From: an uncultured Bryobacteraceae bacterium
GTDB lineage: Bacteria; Acidobacteriota; Terriglobia; Bryobacterales; Bryobacteraceae
Assembly (NCBI GenBank): GCA_964248065.1
Contig: CAXTWQ010000002.1
Location: 52,281-116,280 of the forward strand
DNA length: 64,000 nucleotides
Direction: 5' to 3'
The position numbers and the translations under genes are program-made. The notes below the pieces were generated by a model. That model saw only the letters and a list, made by a program, of their open reading frames with translations, was not told where the DNA came from and searched no databases. Positions 38,773 through 47,447 of this stretch are shown piece by piece (within the stretch, counting starts at the first letter, position 1; every line of letters starts with the position of its first letter).

Positions 38773-38847
38773 TTCGATAGAACACACACCTAGTCCTGTT
38801 GAAAGCGGCGCGCCTGGCGAAGCGTAAAGAGAAAAACCGATGCTACG

Positions 38848-39843
38848 ATGAGGGCGGTGTCTCGTGCCTTCCGGCCATTTTGGATCACGTGCATGGTGGT
38901 CTGGATCGGGCTAATCGTCGCCTCCGTTGTCTATGGCCAGCAGCATTCGGCTGACCCGTGGATTCGTACTGCAGTCCTGCCAGCATTCTTATTAGAAGCC
39001 TTGTTTTTTTTGGCCGCAACGTTCAGCAGCGTGCGGGAAGCGCTGGCGCGTATAGGGTCACCGCGGACCGAAGCTTTACTCCTTTGGCTCAGCTCGTCTG
39101 TGCCTTATCTGGTATACAGCTTGGCGGCTGGAACATTCCAACCCCGTCCGTTTTATCTGCTGCTTCTGTTAACGGCGGTGCTTTGCTTCTGGCAAGTGCT
39201 ACTGCCGCACCGGATTGTTTATGATCTGGGGTTCCTGGTGATTGCGGCAGCGCCGATCGTCACTCGGGTCTTCCTGCGGATTTACCAGTCTCCCGATCCC
39301 GCTGTTCACGTTGACGTATTGGGGCACGTGATGTGGCTGCGAGTCGGTATCTTCGCATTGCTGGGGCTGCGGGGTTGGAACCCGGGCCCGTTCGGGTTGT
39401 GGCCGGAGCTGCACGAATGGAGAGCAGGCGCTGTTTGGTATTTGATCGCTATTGTGCCGATTGTAGCTGTGGCGCTCGCCTTGCACGACGTGCGTTGGGC
39501 ACCGCTCAATAAAGAGCCGCTGGTCATTGCAGGTATCACGGCCGGAACGTTCTTCGGCATCTTGTGGATTGTGGCGCTTGGGGAAGAGTTGCTCTTCCGT
39601 GGTGTTATTGCTCGAGCGCTTATCAATAATGGATCATCGCCAGTGATTGCAGTAGTGGTTTCCTCGGTTTTATTCGGTGCCGCCCATCTCTGGTTCCATG
39701 CTTTTCCTAATTGGCGGAGAGCACTGGTAGCTACCCTGATGGGGGTCTTTTGCGGGATGGCTTATGTAAAGAGTCGAAGCGTTCGCGTTCCGATGGTAAC
39801 GCATGCTTTGGTGGTTACGACGTGGCGCCTTTTCTTTGTTTAA
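38848..39843 (+). CDS. CPBP-family intramembrane glutamic endopeptidase (CAAX protease type)
   Basis: Polytopic, with EELLFRG and FGAAHL motifs. Confidence 0.8.
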   Translation: MRAVSRAFRPFWITCMVVWIGLIVASVVYGQQHSADPWIRTAVLPAFLLEALFFLAATFSSVREALARIGSPRTEALLLWLSSSVPYLVYSLAAGTFQPRPFYLLLLLTAVLCFWQVLLPHRIVYDLGFLVIAAAPIVTRVFLRIYQSPDPAVHVDVLGHVMWLRVGIFALLGLRGWNPGPFGLWPELHEWRAGAVWYLIAIVPIVAVALALHDVRWAPLNKEPLVIAGITAGTFFGILWIVALGEELLFRGVIARALINNGSSPVIAVVVSSVLFGAAHLWFHAFPNWRRALVATLMGVFCGMAYVKSRSVRVPMVTHALVVTTWRLFFV

Positions 39844-39884
39844 AGAACTTATCCGGCTAGAACAAAGTCAGGCTTGTTCAAGTT

Positions 39885-40460
39885 TCATCGGGCGTTTAAT
39901 GAGGCTAAGACGACGTCGACCTGAAGAGCGATCATACGCCGCATGTGCGCTGCATCCTCGGCGATGTCTTTGAATCCGCGCATTCCAAAAATTAGAACAC
40001 GTGCCAGTTCTTCCGGCGTGGTTTTAAGTTTGGAGGCAGCGACAGCATCTCGAAGAAGGTCGGCTAGAAACGCCTCGAGAGCTGCGTACATCTCCCTTAC
40101 CGGAAGGAATGCCAGGTTGAAAACATCTCTTGCGTCTGGATGTGCTTTGGTTAGATCGTAGCCGTGCCCTGCCCATTGTTCGCAACAGAAGTGTAGCTTT
40201 CGACTCAGGCTTTTGAATTTCGGCAGTGCTTGACGGTACTGCTGCAACGTGTCCTGGATCAGTCGTTCAATAACGGCGTCAAAGATATCTTCCTTACGCG
40301 GAAAGATCAAATAGAGAGCCGGCCGGGAGATGCCTGCCTGTTCTGCTATATCGCCCATCGTTGTACGCGCATGGCCATAGCGAAGGAACACATCCGTCCC
40401 GGCAGCGATGACTCGGTCTCGGCGAAGACTTGCTTCACTTGCTGTCTGCTTCAGCGCCAT
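39885..40460 (-). CDS. TetR/AcrR family transcriptional regulator
   Basis: HTH block TTMGDIAEQAGISRPALYLIFPRKEDIF. Confidence 0.85.
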   Translation of the reverse strand: MALKQTASEASLRRDRVIAAGTDVFLRYGHARTTMGDIAEQAGISRPALYLIFPRKEDIFDAVIERLIQDTLQQYRQALPKFKSLSRKLHFCCEQWAGHGYDLTKAHPDARDVFNLAFLPVREMYAALEAFLADLLRDAVAASKLKTTPEELARVLIFGMRGFKDIAEDAAHMRRMIALQVDVVLASLNAR

Positions 40461-40490
40461 TCACGGTCACCATTATGTCCAACTTATAGC

Positions 40491-40500
40491 GTTGGCCAAC
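40491..40500. promoter_or_regulatory. 10-bp perfect palindrome GTTGGCCAAC in the TetR/hydrolase divergent region
   Basis: Self-complementary decamer 31 nt upstream of the TetR start. Short, so operator status is speculative. Confidence 0.25.
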
Positions 40501-40603
40501 AATAACATAGTATTACCTTGACAACATCTGTTAAGAATGTCAGAGTGACTGATGACCACCAAGCTCGGCCTTGTTGCGGAATCCGGCAGTAAAAGGATGA
40601 TAG

Positions 40604-41338
40604 ATGCCTGCAGTTTTTATACAGGGCGTTCCAAATACCTATCGCGTTTGGGATAGAGTGCTGCCTCATTTGTCTCGATCCGATGTCGTCTCCCTTGCTC
40701 TTCCTGGCTTTAACAGCGCCGCTCCCGACGGCTTCACAGCAACCAAAGAAGAGTATGTTGAGTGGCTCATCGACAAGCTGCAACAACAGTCTGCACCTGT
40801 CGACTTAGTTGGTCACGACTGGGGATGGCTCCTGACCGTTCGCGTCGCCTCACTCCGGCCTGACTTGGTTAGAACCTGGGCAGCAGGCGGGGGACCGGTC
40901 AGTAAGGATTACGAGTGGCACGAACTCGCAAAAATTTTCCAGACCCCTGGGCTCGGAGAAGAGTGGATGGCTCAGCTCGATGCCGAGCAGTTCAGCCAAC
41001 AACTTAAGCAACTAGGTGTGCCATCTCATCTTGCCGCGGAGACTGCGAGTCACATGGACGATCGCATGAAGAACTGTATCCTTCGGCTATACCGGTCTGC
41101 GGTCCATGTCGGAGGCGAGTGGGAGCCTGACTTAGCGCGTGTCACCTCCCCTGGCCTGGTTTTGTGGGGTGTTTCAGATCCAGCCTGCCCAGCCGAGTTT
41201 GCTGACCGGTTAGGACGGGCAACGAAAGCGCGCCGCGTGTTGAAACTCGACGCTGGACATTGGTTCCTACTTGAAAAACCAGTGGAAGTGGCACAGGCTC
41301 TCAATGAGCATTGGCAAGGTGCGGCGGACCTGAAGTGA
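40604..41338 (+). CDS. Alpha/beta hydrolase with an HDWG-type (Asp nucleophile) elbow
   Basis: VGHDWGW elbow, as in the epoxide hydrolase / dehalogenase branch. C-terminal DAGHW block. Confidence 0.7.
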   Translation: MPAVFIQGVPNTYRVWDRVLPHLSRSDVVSLALPGFNSAAPDGFTATKEEYVEWLIDKLQQQSAPVDLVGHDWGWLLTVRVASLRPDLVRTWAAGGGPVSKDYEWHELAKIFQTPGLGEEWMAQLDAEQFSQQLKQLGVPSHLAAETASHMDDRMKNCILRLYRSAVHVGGEWEPDLARVTSPGLVLWGVSDPACPAEFADRLGRATKARRVLKLDAGHWFLLEKPVEVAQALNEHWQGAADLK

Positions 41339-41390
41339 CGTCTCGCTTCATTCGTTCAAGACCGTAATTCAAAAAGGAAGAGAAGGCGCA

Positions 41391-41822
41391 ATGCAAGTGA
41401 TTGAGTTAGATCCGCAGAACGTCGCGGGTGCTTCTGAAACGATACGGGAGAACACGCTCATTGTCATGCTGAACCTGGTTCGCTATAAGGAACAGGCTGA
41501 CTATGGCGACCGAGCCGAATTTGCGCCTTGCTCTGGACGTGAAGCTTACTATCAGCGGTACGCTCCTGCGTTCGCCAAGATCGCCGAGTGTTCGGAAACC
41601 ACGAAGAACTTTCAAGTCATGTTTGTAGGTGCGGTGCTTGCAAGGCTTGTCGGGCCCAATGATGAGAACTGGGACGATGTTGTGCTGGTTGAGTATCCGA
41701 ATTGGGCGGCGTTTCGCGGTATTGTGGAAAGCCCGGAGTATCAACGCGACGCGGCCCCTCATCGACGGGCGGCACTGGCAGACTGGCGGCTGATTGCGAT
41801 GCTGAAGCAGCCTCAGGGTTGA
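41391..41822 (+). CDS. DUF1330 domain protein
   Basis: 143 aa. Pattern ...LVEYPNWAAFRGIVESPEYQRDAAPHRRAALADWRLI is typical of DUF1330. Confidence 0.65.
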   Translation: MQVIELDPQNVAGASETIRENTLIVMLNLVRYKEQADYGDRAEFAPCSGREAYYQRYAPAFAKIAECSETTKNFQVMFVGAVLARLVGPNDENWDDVVLVEYPNWAAFRGIVESPEYQRDAAPHRRAALADWRLIAMLKQPQG

Positions 41823-41881
41823 TGTTAGTCGGGGTCGTTGGGCTAATAGCCTAAGCCCGAAACATCTTATAGTGTCAGTGC

Positions 41882-43013
41882 GTGACAAATCCAAGTTTGA
41901 TTTCGCGTCGACGCCTTTTGTCGAGCGCCTGTCTGATACCGCTTGTGTATGGGCAGGCACTCGACTCTACGCTCAGCTTGCGGGTCTTCGATGCAGTCTG
42001 GACGGGCGTGCGTGACGAGTTCTATGATCCGAAAACGCGCGGCGTTGATTGGTCAAAAGTATATGTTGAAGTCAGGCCGCGAGTTCAGGCTTGCACCTCT
42101 CGCCAGCAACTGTTACTAGTGCTACGTCAGATGCTAAGCCGGTTGCATAACTCTCACATTTCCCTCTACTCACGCGAAGAGTGGGACCTACATCAAAACA
42201 TTTTGCCGTTCTGTTTTGACGTCTTGGGTAGCCGGGTATTTGTCCGTTACGAGTTGACTTCCAAAGATCCGCAAATAGGAAAGCAGTTCCAGTTCGGGGA
42301 CGAGATTTTGTCCGTTGACGGAGTTGAAGCAAACAAGCTGCGGCCACTGACACTAGCGAGACTGGAAGAAATATACGGAAATCCTAATTTCGGTCCTGCT
42401 GGTTCCGTGGCGAAAGTGCATGTAAGACGTCGCGGGTCGACAACTATCATTAAGGCGCAGCGAGTGACCAGACCGACAGGTTTCGAGACTGCGGTGCTCG
42501 AACATCGCAGCGCTGCCGTCGCTCATCTTCGACTCTTCACCCTTCAATCAAGTGACCTACCGGCCGAACGGCTTCAGCATCTTTGGGAAGAGGTTTGTCG
42601 CTCACGAGGACTGATTCTCGATTTTAGAAATTGCGTTGGCGGAGATTCAGAGGTTAATAACTTCTTGGCTGGGTCGCTTCTTGGAGGAGGCAAGCCACTC
42701 TTTCGTGAGATCCCACGTCCGGAAGCACTGACCAGATCGCTACAGATACAATCACTCTGAATGTACGTCGGTTTCCAGGGAGAGTGGCCTCCATCACGAA
42801 CTCGAACACGGAAAGCGGGCCAGAAGCGTTCGCGGCCATTTGCAAGAATACAAGTGCGCCAAGATCTTCGGTGAGCGAACGGCCGGTGCCCTCAATGGCT
42901 GGAGCCTCGCAAATCCGTTGCCGGAACGCTTTGCCCGATTTGCGCTGCCGTACACTCGTGGTGTTTCGGCGCCGATCGAGACCGGCCGCTTACACGGGCA
43001 CTTGAATATGTGA
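41882..43013 (+). pseudogene. S41-family (tail-specific/tricorn-like) peptidase with at least two frameshifts
   Basis: Frame 1 runs to 42760 (...GLILDFRNCVGGDSEV...REIPRPEALTRSLQIQSL, then a stop). Frame 2 reads DTITLNVRRFPGRVASITNSNTESGPEAFAAICK. Frame 3 reads QEYKCAKIFGERTAGALNGWSLANPLPERFARFALPYTRGVS..., ending with the TGA at 43011-43013. Confidence 0.7.
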
Positions 43014-43053
43014 CGAAGAGAACATAAGATCTGGGAACTTAGTCATTTCAAGA

Positions 43054-43858
43054 CTACCGAGCTTTGATTTCTTTTTGTGCTCTTGGGCGGATAGCTAGCC
43101 ACTCCGCACGATGCTGTCTCTGCGCAGGTGTGATATTAGGTACGTCGGCAAAACGGAGCGCGACATCTCGAGTGCCTTTCTGCCGCACGACTTGAAGACC
43201 TACGAAATTAAAATATTCGTTATAGGGGATAGCGGCTGTGCCTGCGACGTAGTTCTTGAAAAACTCTGACGCGCTGCTCCGGGTAATCGCTTCTATTGCC
43301 ATTTGGATTCCGTCAGAGTCACTGAAGCAACGGTGTTGCTTCCCACCCTCGGCTTCCAGCAACCGAAAAAGATCCTTTAGTGACCTTTGGCCGTTCGTGT
43401 CTTTCCGAATCATAAGGTCGATGAGAACTCCAAGCAACTCACCTTTTTGGTAGTAGTTTTATGCTTCGATCCGAAGCTTGGTAAGAGGCGTAACCAGAGA
43501 GCCAGGCCGCTACGCTGGCATCTCCGCAGACTGCCAGGTACGGGCTGGCGTATTTTCGAAATCGGAAATGCTGTTACTGAGCCGGTCAAGGTACTCTCGT
43601 TCCGTTAGAAGGCCAGATCTGAGCAGCAGATAACGCGCGACTGTACTAGTCACACCCTCGCTAAACCACAGCGCCTTCGAATATTGCTCATGCGTGTAGT
43701 CCACAGGCTCCATACTGCAAGGCCGAATCCTCCTCACGTTCCAGAGGTGAAAAAACTCATGAGCGGTGACGCTGTCGATAGCGGTCATACTCTTCATCAC
43801 TGCTGAAATTGGTACGCGGCCTCGGTGATCACCTCAAACCCGGCCATACGTGATCAGT
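43054..43858 (-). pseudogene. M61 glycyl-aminopeptidase-family gene, C-terminal two thirds (downstream of the IS insertion), further frameshifted
   Basis: SVTAHEFFHLWNVRRIRP zinc motif in ORF 43510..43800. YYQKGELLGVLIDLMIRKDTNGQRSLKD in ORF 43054..43437. The joining segment AAWLSGYASYQASDRSI lies in a different frame. The upper boundary is approximate. Confidence 0.75.
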
Positions 43859-44120
43859 TGAAAACCGGCCAATGAGGCAGGTCCAGGGACGCAATCAGTT
43901 GTACCTTCTCCTTTCATGCTGGCGCAACTTTGAATGCTGTGCGGATTGAAGCCGCGATTGACTAACAGATACCTGATCGGAGGATATGGCGATGCAGGGA
44001 TGCAACCAGAGCGCCGGGTCAGAAGCCGGAATCATGGGCGACGCACTCGCCCCTTTTTAGAGCCGCTGGGGCGTACTCCTACTCGGGTTCTTCCGTTAAC
44101 CTGCGATTAAGACGTGCAGC

Positions 44121-44510
44121 ATGTTGATGAACGGGCCGCTAGCTTTGATTTTTGTCGCGATGAAGATATTCGTTGGCGCGATCGTCGGGGCATCCACAAT
44201 ATGGGTGATTCACCGATCACACCTTCGCTTGCGGAATCTAATAAGGGCGGCTCTGCTGGGCAGCTTTGCTTACCTGCTTGCCTCTGGCGTGGCTGGTTGG
44301 GCAGACTCACACGCTGCCTTCGACAATGGGCGTCGGCTGGCTATCGCGCCATGGGGAGAGGATCTGCGAACGAGAAACTGGATCGTCGAGCACGAGCTGT
44401 TGATTGCGCTTGGGTCGAGTATGCTCGTTGCACTTATATACGGCATGTGGTCACAGCCATCAAAGAGGAGTGAGCACAGCAACGCGAGCATTCTGGCCGG
44501 AAAGCGCTAA
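44121..44510 (+). CDS. Hypothetical membrane protein (about three TM segments) located inside the IS remnant
   Basis: 129-aa ORF with hydrophobic segments LALIFVAMKIFVGAIVGASTIWVI, AALLGSFAYLLASGVAGW and LLIALGSSMLVALIYGMW. No resemblance to IstA or IstB. Confidence 0.4.
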   Translation: MLMNGPLALIFVAMKIFVGAIVGASTIWVIHRSHLRLRNLIRAALLGSFAYLLASGVAGWADSHAAFDNGRRLAIAPWGEDLRTRNWIVEHELLIALGSSMLVALIYGMWSQPSKRSEHSNASILAGKR

Positions 44511-44564
44511 ATCCCGAGCTTCAGGTGTCGCCGCTTGCAGCTTGCCAGCAAAGCGTCGAACGCT

Positions 44565-44939
44565 TTAACAACTCGCAGTGAAGTGGTGGCGATTCACCAG
44601 GTCCTGCCAAATTGCCATGGCGTTGCGTCCCTGTGACAACGCGAGTTCAATCAACTCTCGATACGGTTCGCAGGTGCTCGCAGAGGAACAGCAAAACGGC
44701 GGCGGCGAGGCAGGGGCAATTCTGTCAGACTCCGCGCCAAAGTCGGTGATCACTTCGTTGGCCGGTTTTGCCGGCGCGAGCCGTCCCCAGCCGCTTGGCG
44801 GTCGCACCGCGATCCCGGCAGCCCGCAGATAACCACCAATCGTCTCTCGGCAAATGTGCACGGCTGCTTCGATACGTCGCAGTGACCAGCCCAGCGCCAC
44901 CACTTGTTGCTTCTTGTCGTCGCTCAAGACATTGCTCAC
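44565..44939 (-). pseudogene. istA: IS21-family transposase IstA, N-terminal fragment only
   Basis: MSNVLSDDKKQQVVALGWSLRRIEAAVHICRETIGGYLRAAGIAVRPP...KPANEVITD...CEPYRELIELALSQGRNAMAIWQDLVNRHHF matches my recollection of IstA N-termini. It stops long before the DDE domain, and no istB is present. Confidence 0.65.
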
Positions 44940-45003
44940 ACTGACGCAGGGTATTCCCGCATCACGATCAACGTCTTAAACCCGCCTCCATTGGCCGGTT
45001 TCA

Positions 45004-45846
45004 GCCGTTCACGCTATGCCGCTTTTGGGTGTTCACCGAGGGTACGCGGATCGCAGTAGCTCGCGAATGTTCCATGCCTTCTATCTCACTCTTTCCAGAG
45101 AAGTGATAGAGGAACAGATAATTCTCAATGGGCAGACCGCCCATCCAGTCGGCCTCTGCGTTAACGATTTGCCAGTCCCGGCGAATCAGTTCCGACATGT
45201 CGAAGGTATGAGGTGGGGCGTCGACAACAACACGGACTTCCGCTCCAGCCGCCGTAAACTGAGCCTTATTGAACTTGCCTATGGAGAAAGGGCTATCTGC
45301 CAAATCCTCATAGTTTTTTGCAAAAAAGGACAGGCTCTTTTCCCTCAACGGGGTTTCGATCTCCCATCCTGTCCGTAGCCCTTCGAATCGGATGGTAGAT
45401 AGCCAATGGCTGCTCTCTGGCGTGTACATCAGCAAGATTGCAGGATTGATTAAGAGGTGGTCAGCACTAATTTCAAGTCCGTATGGGCCCTCAAGGTTAC
45501 AACGAACGTCGTACTCGAATCGTTGTGCGCCAACCGTCCCCCGAACAGCCCAGGTCGCTTTATCGACAGATCGAGTAGGTAGGCTTTCGTTGTTGGTTGA
45601 GTAGGCTTTTACGTTGAGAACGTTCTGCGAGAAATCGCGAATCTGATAAAGAGCGTACCAGGTCGGCAACTGAACCATCGATTGTTCCTGGCCGAGCGGG
45701 AAGGCAAGGCTGACATGAAGAATGTGTTCTCCCCGACGGGATGTGTCAACAACATACGAGACACGATTCTTTCCGCTAATTTCAGCAGCACCGACCAGAC
45801 TGAGGGCGAAAATCCAGATCGAGAAGGCAAGCGTAAGAGTTCTCAT
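45004..45846 (-). pseudogene. M61 peptidase gene, N-terminal part (upstream of the IS insertion)
   Basis: Signal peptide plus M61 N-domain, ending ...YLFLYHFSGKSEIEGMEHSRATAIRVPS.... The reading frame runs into the IS end and terminates at the TGA formed by the TIR (45001-45003). Confidence 0.75.
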
Positions 45847-45903
45847 CCTCCTACTTACGGAGCTTTGGCAGGGTTTGTTCTTCGCCGCTGAAGTACCCGA
45901 ATT

Positions 45904-47169
45904 TCACCCCGGATGTACTGACCCCAGGGCGTTTTCAAAATCTGCCAGTAGATCCTGCCAGGCTTCTATGCCGAGTGAAACACGTATCAGTCCTTCGCCG
46001 ATGCCGGCTTCATCCAGATCGCGGGCGCTCCAGGCCGAGTGGGTCGTGCTTCGTGGGTGGCAGGCTAGAGTCTCGACGCCGCCTAGCGAAACTGCATTTC
46101 GGGCGAGTTGCAGATGGCGTAGGAAATCAAACGCACCGGCCTTGCTGCCACGGATATCGAGGGAAAACAAGCCACCTGGCCATTGACATTGGTCGTGATA
46201 GATCCGCTCCTGTTCCGGGTCATCGAAGAGCGTTGGATAGTAGACGCGGTTTACTTTTGGATGTCTTGCCAATGCCTCCGCGATATGTTGCCCGTTCTTG
46301 CTCTGGCGATTCATCCGGAGCAACACCGTGGGCAGGCGCGTATTTAGCAGCCAGCACTCATCGGGCTGCAGAATATTGCCGAAGAGACTGCGCTTGCTGC
46401 GAATCTTCTGAAGCAGAGCACTATCTTTTACGAGCGCGACACCACCAATCAGATCGCTGTAACCGCCCAAATATTTTGTTGCCGAGTAGAGACTGACGTC
46501 TGCGCCGAGTGCGAGGGGGTGCTGAAAGGCAGGACCAAGGAAGGTGTTGTCCACCATGACAAGAGGGGAAATTTCGCCATTAGAGGCGAGCTTGGCAACC
46601 GATTCACAGGCACGCCGGATGTCAGTCATAACCACCGTGGGATTGGCCGGTGTTTCGATTAGAACGACTCTGAGATGCAAGGCTTTTTGAATGGCGGCGT
46701 CAAGTGCTTCACTCTGACCCGCAGGGACGGGAACGCCATGCACTCCGAAAGGTTCAAGAAATCCTTGTATCAAGGTCTGGGTGCCGCCGTAGATCGGGGT
46801 GGTGTAGAAGACCGTATAGCCCGTTTGCAGAACTAATAGAATGGCGGTCATAATGGCTGCCATACCGGATTTGAAAACCAGTGCGCCGGTCGCTTCTGGT
46901 TCTAGAGGAAGAATCTGATCTTCTAGGATCTGAGCATTCGGGTGATTGAAGCGGGAGTAGACGAGATCAACGTTCTCACCAGGTTCACGCTTGGCACGAC
47001 CGCCCATGATGTCGAAAGCACGCTCGGCCGCCTCGGGACTGGAGAAAACATAGGTAGAACTGCGAAAGACAGCCGGTCTGGCAGAGCCGACAGAAAGGCT
47101 TGGCTCGAAGCCGCGGGTGAGGATTTCCGTTTCAGGTCGAAGAACCTGGGAGTGTTTGTTGTCAGCCAT
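45904..47169 (-). CDS. PLP-dependent Cys/Met metabolism enzyme (cystathionine gamma-synthase / gamma-lyase family)
   Basis: 421 aa. YSATKYLGGYSDLIGG PLP-lysine block; YSRFNHPN. Confidence 0.8.
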   Translation of the reverse strand: MADNKHSQVLRPETEILTRGFEPSLSVGSARPAVFRSSTYVFSSPEAAERAFDIMGGRAKREPGENVDLVYSRFNHPNAQILEDQILPLEPEATGALVFKSGMAAIMTAILLVLQTGYTVFYTTPIYGGTQTLIQGFLEPFGVHGVPVPAGQSEALDAAIQKALHLRVVLIETPANPTVVMTDIRRACESVAKLASNGEISPLVMVDNTFLGPAFQHPLALGADVSLYSATKYLGGYSDLIGGVALVKDSALLQKIRSKRSLFGNILQPDECWLLNTRLPTVLLRMNRQSKNGQHIAEALARHPKVNRVYYPTLFDDPEQERIYHDQCQWPGGLFSLDIRGSKAGAFDFLRHLQLARNAVSLGGVETLACHPRSTTHSAWSARDLDEAGIGEGLIRVSLGIEAWQDLLADFENALGSVHPG

Positions 47170-47447
47170 TGCTTACCAATTGCAATGTACCGCTAAACTG
47201 GAACTATTTGGTAAAAGGTATTGAGACTTGGAAGACCTGAACCCTTGCGGGCGCCGGGGAGGGTGTTGCTTCAGGGGTCTTTCTATGAGGTTAGTCTCGC
47301 TTTGGTGGGAGTTGAGCTCCCCGGCTTGATTCCAATAATAGGATATGGTTTTGTGGATTGCAAGTCTTTCGTATACAAAATTTTAAATATTTTCGCCAGT
47401 GTTAACGAGCTTATATCGTTAGCGACACAAATCCTGGTAAGTACGTT

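Larger units (their letters stand above)
43859..45003 (-). mobile_element. Internally deleted IS21-family element inserted in the M61 peptidase gene
   Basis: Terminal inverted repeats TGAAAACCGGCCAATGAGG (43859-43877) and, on the reverse complement of 44985-45003, TGAAACCGGCCAATGGAGG. Ends have the TG...CA form. A truncated istA lies next to the right end. A TIR-like direct copy TCAAACCCGGCCATACG sits at about 43833-43850. Confidence 0.7.
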
